Shown in pieces: positions 23,950 to 41,305 of a DNA stretch of 64,000 nucleotides (positions are counted from its first letter, which is position 1; each line of letters opens with the position of its first letter). The DNA comes from Camelus dromedarius (lineage: Eukaryota), in the NCBI RefSeq assembly GCF_036321535.1, contig NC_087440.1, positions 22,692,001 to 22,756,000 on the forward strand, given 5' to 3'. The translations under genes and the position numbers were made by a program. The notes beneath the pieces are model-generated. The model had not been told where the DNA came from. It did no database searches and worked only from the letters and a program-made list of their open reading frames with translations.

Positions 23950-24600
23950 AAGGTTCACAGTAACTTTGTTTGGGATAGCTAAACATGGGGAACTTCTCAA
24001 ATGTCCGTCAACAAGCGAACGTATAAAGGAACCACGGTGCAGGCATTCGATGGAACACCAGTCAACAGGAAAAAGGAATGAACAACTGATACACACAAAA
24101 GCATGACTGAAAGTCAAAATAACTGTTGAGTGAAGGAAGCAAGGCATAAAAAATACATACTGTGTGGAGGGGGAGGGTATAGCTCAGTGGCAGAGTACAT
24201 GCCCCGTGTGCGCATAGCCAGTTCAATCTCCAGTACCTCTGTTTAAAAAAAAACAACCTAATTACTTCCTCCCAAAATAAAAATAAAACAAAAAACACAA
24301 TGAAGGGGAAAAGATAGGATAAGTCAAAAAATACATACCATATAATTGCCTATAAAGTTCTAGAAAAGGTAAACTAATTGATAATGACAGCAGATCAGTG
24401 GTTGCCCGGGGCGATAGCGCGGTGGCAAGGGGGAGGCGCCAGAAGGAGACATTAGGGAACTTTTGGGTTTGATGGATATGTTCATTATCTTGATTGTGAT
24501 GATGGTTTCCTGGAATAAACACATGACCAAACCCATCAAATTGTATAATTTGTGCAGTTTCTGGTATATCATTGTGGCCTCAATCAGAGCTATAAAGACG
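23950..24600 (+). mobile_element. Old L1M-type 3' fragment interrupted by a SINE
   Basis: caaatgtccgtcaacaag...gatcagtggttgcc...atatgttcattatcttgattgtgatgatggtttc; boundaries approximate. Confidence 0.75.
24169..24300 (+). mobile_element. tRNA-derived SINE, camelid Vic-1-like
   Basis: ggggagggtatagctcagtggcagag...gttcaatctccagtacctc...aacctaattacttcc...A-rich tail; inserted within an older L1. Confidence 0.85.
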
Positions 24601-24734
24601 GAAGTAACAGAACCACATCAGAAAACAATTTGGAAAATGGAGAGGAGAATAGTGATTCTCCTTTATTTCCACAGTGGGCAGGAAAGTGTTTCTGTCAGGT
24701 TCTTTTAAAATACCAATGATCACATATCAGCTCT

Positions 24735-24875
24735 TGGAGATAGGTGTTATTATCTTCCCCTCTTCTTTAGATTAGAAAAAGCCAGGATTCAGAGAAGTTA
24801 AGGAACTTGCCTGAGGTCACCCAGCCAGTGTGTAGTTAGTCCTAACTGGGGACGGTCTGAGTCTAGAGCCTAGGC
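24735..24875 (-). mobile_element. MIR fragment
   Basis: cagagaagttaaggaacttgcctgaggtcacccagcc. Confidence 0.6.
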
Positions 24876-26274
24876 CCCTTCTCCACATTACATTGTCTCT
24901 CTTTCGGGAATGTTCTTCTGAAAAATTCCAGCCTGCTTTGATAACATTGTAGGCAAAGGACTTTGGTTTATGACTAGGTGGGGTGTTATTAATCCATCAT
25001 ACACATATTTGCTGTGAGACTTCGGGGATCCAGGGCATGGAGGGCTGGCGAAGGTCTGCAGCAGGTTTACAAAGGCGCGGTGCCTGTAGTGATCACACCC
25101 TCCAGCCTGAGCTGCCTGAATGGCACTGCCTGTGGCCACCCACGCTCTGCCCTCACCAGCCCTCAGATCCCCCCTCTTCAGGAATCCTTTTCCCCTTCTG
25201 GGACCCTAATGACCTCCACCCCCATCCCTTGGCAGGAAGCTGAAAGGTCTTCCCTATGTCTTCATGGACCTCCAAGGGGGCAAAGGGGCTACAGGGCTGA
25301 GGAGGGTAGTGGGTGCTCGTGCGGAGGGCTCGAGGTTTGGGACCTCAGTTCTCACCATCTCTGGAGTCAGGGTCTGGGGCATGGGAGGCAGGCAGGTGGT
25401 ACAGAGGTCTTGGGCAGAGGAGGTGGACCCATTTTGATGGGGTGGACAGAGAAGCTAGGACAATCTGAGTGGTCTGGGTGGGCAGAGGCCCTCAGGAGGT
25501 GAGGAGCAGTGGTCGGCACATTGGGGTCAATTTATGGCATAGTATGATGTTTGTGGATTCTTTCATACTCAATCCTGAGATGCTGGGGCAAGCAGAGCCT
25601 TGAGGACCTGTGGGTCCCCTCCACTCTCTGGCACTGTGCCTTACAAAGAGAAAGTGCTCACCACCAAATGCTTGGATTTATTGCCTGGCGAAGAGAGGTG
25701 GCCCTTCCATACCAGAAAGCCACCAGGTGGAGAAGAAAGGTGCTCTGGGAGCAAGAAGAGACACTTCTGGGGTGAGGGGCTGGGCTCAGGGAGAGGAGAG
25801 GCTGAGAGCATCTCCAGAAACGGTAGAGGCCAGGGGTGGGGATGTCAGGGAAAGTGGACTGACAGTGAAGGCCAGAAGGCAGGACATCGGTCATTGACCC
25901 TGATCTCCAAAGAGACTCAGATAACACCAGCCTTGGCTAATTCACAGATTTCAAAGCTTGACAAGATCAAATGACATCAGGTGTGTGAGGGCTTTGGCCG
26001 TGTTAGACGTAAGTGCAAGCTGTTGGTATGATTATCAGTATTGGCACTCATATCCTATTTTTTTCCTGGCCTCATCGGAATGAGGGAAGGAACTTCCTTT
26101 GCTCACACTGGGATCTTCCTGTCGGACACATCCCCACCTTTGGTCCTGGCATAGCTCAGAGTATTTCGCAGGCAGGCTCCTGAGAGCCCCTCTTTCCCTG
26201 CCCAAGCATCTTGCCACAGCCTCCTTCCCCATGAAGTGACCAAACATCCAGGTTTGCCTAGGAGTGAGGGAAGT

Positions 26275-26597
26275 TCTGATTTTAAATTTGTAAATTTTTA
26301 ATATAATTTTTAAAGGTTACATTCCATTTACACTTATTACAAAATATTGGCTATATTCCCTGTGCTGTACAATACATCCTTGTAGCTTCTCTTACACCCA
26401 ATAGTTTGTGCCTCCCACTCCCCTACACCCATATTGTCCCTCCCACTCTCCCTCCTGATAACCAGCCACTGGTTTGTTCTCTACATCTATGAGTTCTTTT
26501 TTGATTATATTCACTAGTTCGTTGTATTTTTAGATACCACATGTAAGTGATATGAGTGGTATTTTTCTTTCTCTGTCTGACTTCACTTAGTGTAATG
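26275..26597 (-). mobile_element. L1 3' end
   Basis: ttggctatattccctgtgctgtacaatacatcc...taccacatgtaagtgata...tgtctgacttcacttag. Confidence 0.8.
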
Positions 26598-28481
26598 CGG
26601 AGGGGAGTTCTGGACACAGGACTTTCAGTGCTAAGACAGGGTCAGTGCCAGGCAAACCTGGACAACTGGTCCTACTGCTTCCCTCCCACCCCCAGGCTGC
26701 TTCCTCTTCCCTGCGGTGACAGTGGTGTCCCAAGCATTTCAGCATGTTCTCACCCTGGTTGCCTTCTCCCACCTTGAAGCCTCTAGGCCACTGACACCAC
26801 CCAGAGAGGGGGGACGACTACCATCCCCTAACTCTGCCATTCCAAAGGCCCTTCCTTTTTTTTCAGTGGGACGAGCCAGCTCTCACCAATCCCTCGACCT
26901 TCTGTTGGGCTTCTGTCCTCCTCTCCAACCCTCAGAACTGTGCCAGACCTTTGCCCTATCCCTGGAGGGTGTGGCCCCACCCACACCTCACCCCCATGAG
27001 AGGCCCCTGTGGTCTGTCCCATGTCAGCCTTCCAGCCTCCCTGCCTGCCCAGAGGAAGGAGGACCCTGGGCACCTGTAGGCAAGCCCAGCCAACTCCCAC
27101 ATCCACCAGGGCCCGAGGCCTGAGTCCTCCATACTGTCTTGGCTGCCCCTCCCGCATATCCCCCCTACCCCACTGCCCCTGACTTCCCAATGCTCTGAGG
27201 CCTCCTGAGGCTCTCCTGCTTACACTTACTCTTCCCTGGACCCCCACCCCCTAGCCCTGTCTGGTGCAGACCTCTCTCTCCAGAGTCTGGACTCAGCCTC
27301 CTCCCTGGCTTCCTAAACCACTGCATGGCCTCTTCCGGCCCTGCTGTCAAACCTTTAGCGAGACCCTCTGGACTCCTCTGCCCCCTTAGTCAGTCCTTCA
27401 GTGACCTCCCTGCTCTGGTCTGCACCTTCCTAACCTAATGCTCTCTTACTGCTAAGAAGCCACCACTGCCTCTCACGCCGCATTCATAGGACGCTGTCTC
27501 ACTGCCACCCCCTGGTGGAGTCTTGCTTATCCCCTGGTTGCTTAACTCCTGGAATACTCCTCAGCTGATCTGAGTCCATGCCACCCTGGCCTCAGACTGA
27601 AGTGGCCTGGTATCAAGTGTCTCTGCAGTGGAGCTGGGTCTTCACTCTTTGTTCCCTCATTGACTTGGCCAGGTGAAGTAGCTCGGGGGTTTAGTTCCAC
27701 ACAAGGGTTCACATCCCACTGCTGGGCCTGGAGCTGGAAATCTCAGGAGGCCCAGGTCCAGGGAGTGCCCTGGAGAGCCGAATGGAGGAGGGGCTCCCCA
27801 GACTATCCTTCTGCCACCTGATGCTTCAAAGGCATTGGCCCCACCTTGCTCTGGCATGCGTGTTCTTGGGAGTGTAGGGCCCAGACTGTCCCTATCAGCG
27901 AGAGCCTCATAAGGCTCCTCCCTCCGGCCTTACCTCATACACTGAGTTCTCCCTACCCAGGGCTAGGCCTAGCCTGGCCCGAGAGGCCTGCACGAAACCT
28001 CTCATCAATAGGAGTCAAGAAAGCAGTTTCTTGACAGGGAGGTGCTGGAGGTGGGGTGGGGGTGCTGTGGGCCCAGCTGGCCGACTGCCTGAGAAGATGG
28101 GTGTGGGACCAGCCATGGAAGAGATGTGACCTGGATCTGTGGTCGTGGTGCTGGGACAATGGGCCCATCCCTGGGTGGAGGGGGCGGGGGCAGAATGAAG
28201 TATCAGCAGAAACAGTGTTGTTGGGGCAGCCAGGAAAAGAGCACTGGGCAGGAGGCAGGTGCCCGGCTTCAAGACTCCTTAGTGCCAAAAACAGGCTGAG
28301 CAGCCTGGGCAGAGGGTGCTAACTCTCTGGGCCTCCTCATCAATAAAGTAAGGCTTCTACAACGTGTGGCTTCTCTAGTCTGGTGGAGCTTCGAGGTGGG
28401 GTTTATGAAGTCTTGTGGGAGAGGAGCTGGGAAGCAGAAGGGAGCGGGAAGAGGGCCCCCAACCAGGCTTTCGTGACCCTG

Positions 28482-28495
28482 TTGCCCCCTAGTGG
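28482..28495 (-). promoter_or_regulatory. CTCF core motif CCACTAGGGGGCAA
   Basis: Matches the CCASYAGRKGGC consensus without mismatch. Confidence 0.6.
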
Positions 28496-29388
28496 TGACA
28501 GAGTAACAGAGACACGGTCTCATAGGGGAACACCATGCTGGGAAGGGGAACACCAGAAAGGGAAAGGAGGTTCACTGTTAGGGACTTTACCACCCGCCCA
28601 CAACCTCCCTCAGGGCTGCATGTGCTCTGGGTAGAGGGGAAGGCAGCCACAGCCGTGCACAAGATAGCACAGGTTACTCACTTGTGTTCATTCTGTGAGT
28701 GTTGAGGGAGGGTACTGTGCAGGCCCCGTGGATTCAGAGGCCCTTGGCACAACATTCTTGCCCTCAGAGAGCCTCTGGCCAGTGGGGAGCATACAGGCAT
28801 ACTGCAGACTCTGGAGAAAATAGGAGAACGTGGGGGCTGCTCCAAGGCATGACATATTGTGTGAGTAGCACTTGGGAAGCACATGCCCAGCCACCGTGGG
28901 GCCCTCTCTTACTATTGATTTGTGTTGGGCACACGGGCCTCCAGCCTGCTGGGTTGGGAGGCCTTGGCCACTAGGTTAGGGGAGTCTTTCCCTGCAGGCC
29001 CTTCCAGAAGGTATGGGTCACCCTCCATGCAGGATGGCTGGATTTCTACCTGGGCCTGCTGCTGTCCTGTCTCCACCCTGGCTGGGAACAGGAGCGAGTG
29101 GGACAACCGACCTTGCCTGGCCCCTGCAGCCTCCTCTACCTACACCCCTGCTCCCCAGATCTGGTTTAGGGACCTGGGTTCCAAAGACGACAGAGAACAT
29201 TAGGTCTCACCTGCATCTCCCCCTCCCAGGCTGGTGCTCTGAGGGCCTTCAAGCTCCAACCACTACGCAGGCATGGGACGCGTGATGGGAAGCCTGACTT
29301 CCACCTCTCTGCCCCAGGGCCCTGCCCCTGGCCTTCAGAGGCTAGGCTGGAACTCTGTAGGCAGCACTTGGAGAGGGAGGGAGAAGGA

Positions 29389-29406
29389 GCGCGCGCATGT
29401 GTGTGT

Positions 29407-29455
<49 letters not shown>
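29389..29455 (+). repeat. Compound (GC)/(GT) alternating purine-pyrimidine tract
   Basis: gcgcgcgcatgtgtgtgtgtgcgcgcgcgcgcgcgtgtgt...gtg, 67 bp with unbroken alternation. Confidence 0.95.
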
Positions 29456-29460
<5 letters not shown>

Positions 29461-30941
29461 GAGAGGTGTGAGTGGGGAGAGAGAGAGGGAGCGAGGCCCA
29501 GGGCGAGGAGCTGGGGTGCGTCACTGTTCCTGGGAACACAGACGAGTCTGACTCAGTGGGAACATCCGGCACGAAAGGAAGAGAGAGTGCAGTGGCATTT
29601 CTAAGCAGGATGGGAACTCTGGGGTGGCAGAGATCGGGGCTATGGGGTCAGGGGTGCTGATCCAAGGCCTGGCCTGGAAGAGGCTAAGTGTGGTGGGGAG
29701 GGGAGGGTGGACAGGAAGAGATAGTTCAAGGGGAGCAGAGGTTGAACCTCTGGCTGCCTGGGCTGGTCTGGGAAGGAGAGAGAAGGCAGTGGGGCTTTTT
29801 GTTCTGGAGACAGAAGAGGACAAGTCATGCATGGGGTTAGGAAAACAGGCCTGGCCAATCAGGGAGGAGGAGGAATGCAGGGACTTCTGACTTGCCCTTC
29901 AGGGCCTGGAGGTCGGGGACCTGTTACTGTGGAACCAGACCCCTGTGATCCTGATACAGAGGGACCACCCTTCCTCCCAGCACCCCAAGCCCCAGGTCCC
30001 AGAGACTCTAAGGGGCAGGATCACCAGGGAAGCTGCTCCCTTGGGCAGAGACGACAGCCTCAGGTGCACTGGGAAGATTTGGGGAGAGGCTTTCCCAAGA
30101 AAGGCTGCTTCCTTTCTTTGGGTCAGAGAAGCTGAAAGGACCAGCACTGGAGAGCAAGGCCAGGAAGGGCCCAGAGTCAGGAGCTGAGGGGGAAGGCTGT
30201 TGGCCAGCCCTGAGCTGTGCTGGCGCGGGCCCTGTGGGAAGCTCCCCACACCAAGGGGAGACCCAGACAGCTGAGCCTTCCAGGAGTGGCTGAACTTTAA
30301 AATATAGGCAAGACAATGTTGAACCTAAAGGAATGAATGACTAAGGATGTTATTTTAGGCATGCGGTAGTACCTCGTGGCCTACGATAGGTGAGCTTCTT
30401 AATCCCTCAGAATTACTTAAACCAGTGCTAAAGAGTGAGGGGAGGCTCATTTGGGGTGGGGCCCTCAGACCAGGGAGCCAGATGGGCTGGGCTGTAGGCT
30501 TTTCTCTACTAACCGGAGAAATGGAGGCCTACTTGGTTGCAGGCAGGCCCAGGCTGGGCCCTCCTGGGGCACAGGGCCCCGGCGGGAAGACAGGGCCTGG
30601 GGTAGCCAGGCCCCCTGTGGGCTCAACATGCCAGGGATAAGTCCCTGTCAGTCTGTCTGGGGACGCCGGGGCAGGGCAGGGAGAGGTGCTGGGCAGGGCC
30701 AGCTGGCTGCCGGTGCCCTGGTCCTCGCCCTCTGAGACTGGATGGGTGGGGGCGGTGGCCGCGGCGTTCCTGGCTGGGAGCCCAGAGGAGTCTTTTGTAA
30801 TCACAACATGATCTCGTGTGCTGAGCAGCGAAGCCGGCAGGGAGAGGCCGGCAGAGGCCCGGCTCCGCAGTGGCTCCGGCTTCCCTCCTGCTCTGGCTCC
30901 CTCGGGGCTGCTCTGGAATTCTCTCTGTGCCCGCTATTGCC

Positions 30942-36615
<5,674 letters not shown>

Positions 36616-38154
36616 GCAAAGCTTCTGGGAGCAGGGGGCCAGGCTGGGGAGGAGGAGGAGGGAAGATGCTGTCAAGAGTCTTCGTTCAATAGGTGTGGTG
36701 GCTGGTGGCTGTGGCAGCCCCGTTTGAGCAGTTTGGCGGAATGACACTGTGAAGGCAAGGAACTGGCCCCTGCACCTCACGGGTACCTCCCTGTGCACAT
36801 GTGTGCTCTCACCTGCAGGTATAGGCCTTGGTGCATCCCTGCGCCATACCCGGTAGGCAAGCCCTGTCTTGAGCCTACTGCTGTCCAGGCCACAAGCTCC
36901 CCCACTATGGCGAGAAGACAAGCCTTAGAAGCACTCAGCACCTGGCTCGCCTGGCTCCTGTCACCCCCAGGGCCTGGACTCCCTTTCTGGCTGTCAGCTC
37001 CTGGCTCCTCAGGTCCAGGCAGCCTTAGCAGCTGACATGGCCAGCCTAGGCCTGGGCCCTTTCCTACACCCCTGTCTTGCATCCAGGTGACTCACAGTCC
37101 CAGACTCACAGGATGGCCAAACCAGGGATCTCACCATCAGCTGGCAGCCTCCTGCCTTTCGGGAGGAGGAGGCTGAGGCCCAGAGAAAGGGAGGCCACAG
37201 CTGGCAGGGACAGAGCTGGGGACAGGTCTCCTCTATGAAAGTAAGGGTCTCTGGAAAGCCTGCTCTCTGAAATGGGGTGGAGTGGGGAGGGAGAGCTTCC
37301 TCTCCCCACAGCAGGGTGGGAGAGCTCACCGTCAGGGACCTCCTCCCCAACACCCAGGTCAGACATCAAGTGCACCCTGAATGGGGGCAGAGGGGAGCCC
37401 TGCTGCCCAGGGTCGTTTCCTGCTATCTCTAACTTCCTCTTCCCGCCACCTCCCACACTGTGTCAAGCCAAAGGGAGGACTCAGGCAGGGACTTGATAGA
37501 CAGAAACAGCGGCTCCAGCTAAGTACATCAGGACTTGTCTTTCCTACTTAGTCTCCGTTCCCGTCCCTCCCCTGAGGCCCACGTCTGGTGAATTATCCAG
37601 ACTCCGCACAAGCTGTGGCTTCCTCTCAATTCAACAAACATTTCCTGAGCACCCACTACCAGCAATGCAACCGGTGGGCGATGGTGACTTTGCCAGCAAG
37701 AGGGAGGGAAGAAACCCAGTCATCCGGCAGATTCAGGCTGCACAGCAGGAGCTGTTCTTGGCTAGAGGTGCCCGACAGGGGCTGGGGATGGTGGTAGGAG
37801 CCCAAGGGAACCATCCCATCTCTGCTCACCAAGGCAGGGGCGCCTCCCTTTCTCATCAAGTGTGCCCCTTGTCCCCAAGCCTCTGCTTGGGTCTCCCCAC
37901 ATGGCCCTACTGCTTCCCTCTGATCCTGCCGTGGTTGTTCCTCTCTGCTGAGGGCCCTGGGCCTCACTAGCCTCTCTGGTTCTCTAGGAAGTGTCCAGAA
38001 CATTCCCAGGATTTCTCCGCTGTCATAGTCAGGCATAAAGTATGGCTCAGCTGCGTGAGGGCTGGGCTTCCTCACTGGCTCTTGCTCCACTCTCTACCCT
38101 TCTATTCAGGAGGCAAGAGGAAAGGGTGTCTTTAGGGCAGATCAGATTGTTTAG

Positions 38155-38325
38155 AGCAGTGCTTCTCACACATTAAGGTGCAGACTAATGCAGATTCTAA
38201 CTGGGGGGGTCTGGGGTAGACTTGGGAGTTTGCATTTTTGGGGAGGTAATTCGAATTTGCATTTTAAAGGCTCCAGGTGACACCTATGCTGCTGGTTCCT
38301 GACACACTTTGACAGTAAAGGTTTG
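38155..38325. mobile_element. MER5-like hAT MITE
   Basis: cagtgcttctcac...gcagattct...tgcattttaaaggctccaggtgacacctatgctgctggt. Confidence 0.6.
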
Positions 38326-39544
38326 GACTAGAATATGTGGAGGGCTAAGAGCTCTAGGCTCTAAGGGTTGCTGGCTCTGCAGGGGAGGGAGGCAGGCTGC
38401 CCCTGCCCGGTGGGGGCTTCCTGGCCTCAGAGCTGGGTAGGAAGCTGAGGCACTGAGTAGATGCTTAAGAGTGGGTGGTGCCAACTTCCTGTAGTGGGGA
38501 GTGAGAAAGCTGGTTGGGAATGGGATGAGGTGAAGGTGGGTGGAAGAGGTTGGTGTGGGATTGACCAGAGGATCGAGACTTTTGAAAGGCTTGGAAACAT
38601 TCTGTGCTTATGGGAAGAAGACCCATGTGAGACATGAAAAGGCAAGGGTGAAAGATTCCAAGCTCAAGCCTTTTTCTTGCCTTCCAGTCACATATATATA
38701 GCTTTAGAGCACGGCATTAGCCCTGGAACCCATGACTCCCAAAGGATGGAGCTGGGTTAGGGTGGGCTCTGGCACAGCCCTCGAATTCAGATGTCTCCCA
38801 AGTAACTGTGATCCAGAATTTGAATTCTGAGATTCACAAACTGTCCCCAACTTCCAATGCTGCCCACTGTACAGACGTGCCTTCATTAAAGGGTGTGTGC
38901 CAAGGCATGTGTGACGATGGCTGGGGATGTAGAATTTGGGGAGAGCTCTGGTTCAGGCCTTACAATAGGACCTGAGCAGGAGAGAAAGCTGGGCAGAAGG
39001 GCTATGGAGAAATAGGGCTCCTTTCCCTTCGGGACGTTAGGAGAAAGGGATGTGGGGGTGAGTCAGTGGGGGCTGGAGAGAATGGAGACTGGCACAGGAC
39101 ACCTGCAGTGCAAGGCAGGTACCACTGAGCTTTTCTCAAAAGAGGAGAGCCCTATTTCAGGATAAGCAAACCAGCAGCTATGGTGGCCACCCCTCCTGCT
39201 CTGGGATGGAGCCAGCTAAGGAGCAGGAGGGAAGCTAGACGTCCCTCCACAAAGCTTGGGGCCATGGAAGGCGGGCCCATTTCTTCCTGGCTCCTCTGGT
39301 TCAAGGCCTGGCTGGGAGCCTTCCTCCTGGATGCCCTTCCCCTCTCCAACTAACAGAAAACTATTCCTCGAAGGTGGGAAGTTCTTCGTGGGAAGTGGCT
39401 TCAGGGTCCCAGGCACAAAGCTGGAGGAACTGACAAAGGAGAGTGCAAAGGGTCACAGAGAGCCGGCACATATCTCTGTCCTGGCCTGTATCACCCTACA
39501 GAGGGGAGCAGCAGACCATACCGTGAGGGAGGTATTTTTTGGAT

Positions 39545-39830
39545 GACAGGCAGTGTGGTAAAGTGGAACAAACATGGGCCTTAGAATCCAACAGACCGAA
39601 TCTGAATCCTAGGTCTGCCATCTGTTAGCTGGGTGACTTTAGTCAATTTTAACCTTTAAAGGCTCAGTTTTCTTGTCTGCAGAATGGAGCTAGTAATACC
39701 TATGTTGAAGGGTTATTGAGAAAATTAAAGATAAGAGTATGCAACTATACCTGGCACACAGTAGGCAGTCTATTAACAGTAGCCTGGCACACAGAAGGCA
39801 CTCAGTAAATATCTGTTGAATAAATGAAGT
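39545..39830 (+). mobile_element. MIR followed by an L2-like tail
   Basis: tctgccatctgttagctgggtgacttt...ctcagttttcttgtctg...cctggcacacagaaggcactcagtaaatatctgttgaataaatg. Confidence 0.7.
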
Positions 39831-41129
39831 AGCTATTTCTTGTGATCTCTGTCTACTTTGTTTTCTCTTTTCCATTGCCTTCTAGTCTCATCTTCCCTGG
39901 GGTCCATACACTCTCGGGGAAATAAGGGATGGTTGTAAAGGTTACCCAGCTTTCCAGGACAGTGAGCAGCTTTTAATCCCCTGGGGGAGTCTAGTTGAGT
40001 TAAAAGCATCACGAAGTGACCCTGCTCTTACAGGGAATGTTCTTTGACCTCTTCCACACACTGGATCACAAGGATGTCCTAAGCATTTCCCCCTGACTTT
40101 GCACACTGGCTTTTGCAGCTCAGAGCATTTCCTCTTTTTTTTGTTTACATCAGTAGCTATCTCATGAACTCACTCCCCAGAAACAAACTCCCTTGTGGCG
40201 TTTGCTCCATGCCTCCCAAAGTTGTATCACTCAAGGGAGCAGCATGACTATTTTCTTATGGTCAAGGGACAGGTAATTGAGGGTCCCTGGAAGCAGAGGA
40301 TCCCCAGCTGTCTGACAAGGCCTAAGTTTGGAAGATCCGATCCAGCAGTCAGCTCCAGCCCCAAACCCTAGCCTCAGGGACAAGAATAACAGGAAAAGAT
40401 GGAACTGCAACCCCCATCTCAGGAACAAAGGAAATGGCAAAAATCCCAACTTGGCTATATCTTCTTATTTGGGGGACTAAGTAGCCGGGCAGGGCGCCCA
40501 AGGGAATAGGAGAAACTAAAGGCACCGCTTCACTTCTGCCTCTTGAGTCATTTATCAGTGTCTACAGACCCCACAAGCAACACTTCCTGGGGGAGGGCTA
40601 CCAGGGCTTCTGAGGAAGGACTGGCACAGGGTGACCATAGTCTCCCTGAGGGGGAGGCTGGGAAGGCAGTGAGAGAAGCCCACATAAAGCACAGAGCGAG
40701 GCTGCTTTCTCTCAACAAGTCTGCCGGCCTACGTCACGGCCTCTCATTAAGCATCCACTTGACGCCGGGGAAGTGAAATAGCGCAGACCTGGCACCAGAA
40801 AGAACAAATGTGGCACCCACTGCTCCTTTTAAGGACTGGCTCGAGGAGCAGCAGGCTCCAAGGCAGGAGGTGAGGCAAACACACCAGTACCTTTGTGGGA
40901 GGGGGAGGGAGGACCCTTTCAGGCCCGCCTCTTTCTTAACAAGCTCTCCACGACAAGCTCTCCTACAACCTTCAAAAATAACCAACAATGAAGGCTTTTT
41001 CCCTTTTTAAACTCTAGGGACACAGTGTTTCCTCTTCCCCCAGCAGGGCAGCTGGCTTCAACCAAGAAAGAGGGTCAAAAGTCACCTTGGATAACCATCT
41101 GTCCAAACAGAAATACCCTAACCCCAAGT

Positions 41130-41305
41130 TACTGAATCAGAGAAAAAGGCTGGGCTAGTGCAGAGAATCACCTAGAAGCCTAGTTAACACAACGCGGAGC
41201 TCCCCCTCCTGAATTCCTCATTCAGTTGGTCCGGGATGGGGCCTAAGCCATGGCATTTCTAACAAGTTCCCAGGTGATGCTGACGCTGATGGTCTGGGCA
41301 CTGAT
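41130..41305. mobile_element. MER5-like hAT MITE fragment
   Basis: actgaatcaga...tggggcctaag...catttctaacaagttcccaggtgatgctga. Confidence 0.6.
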
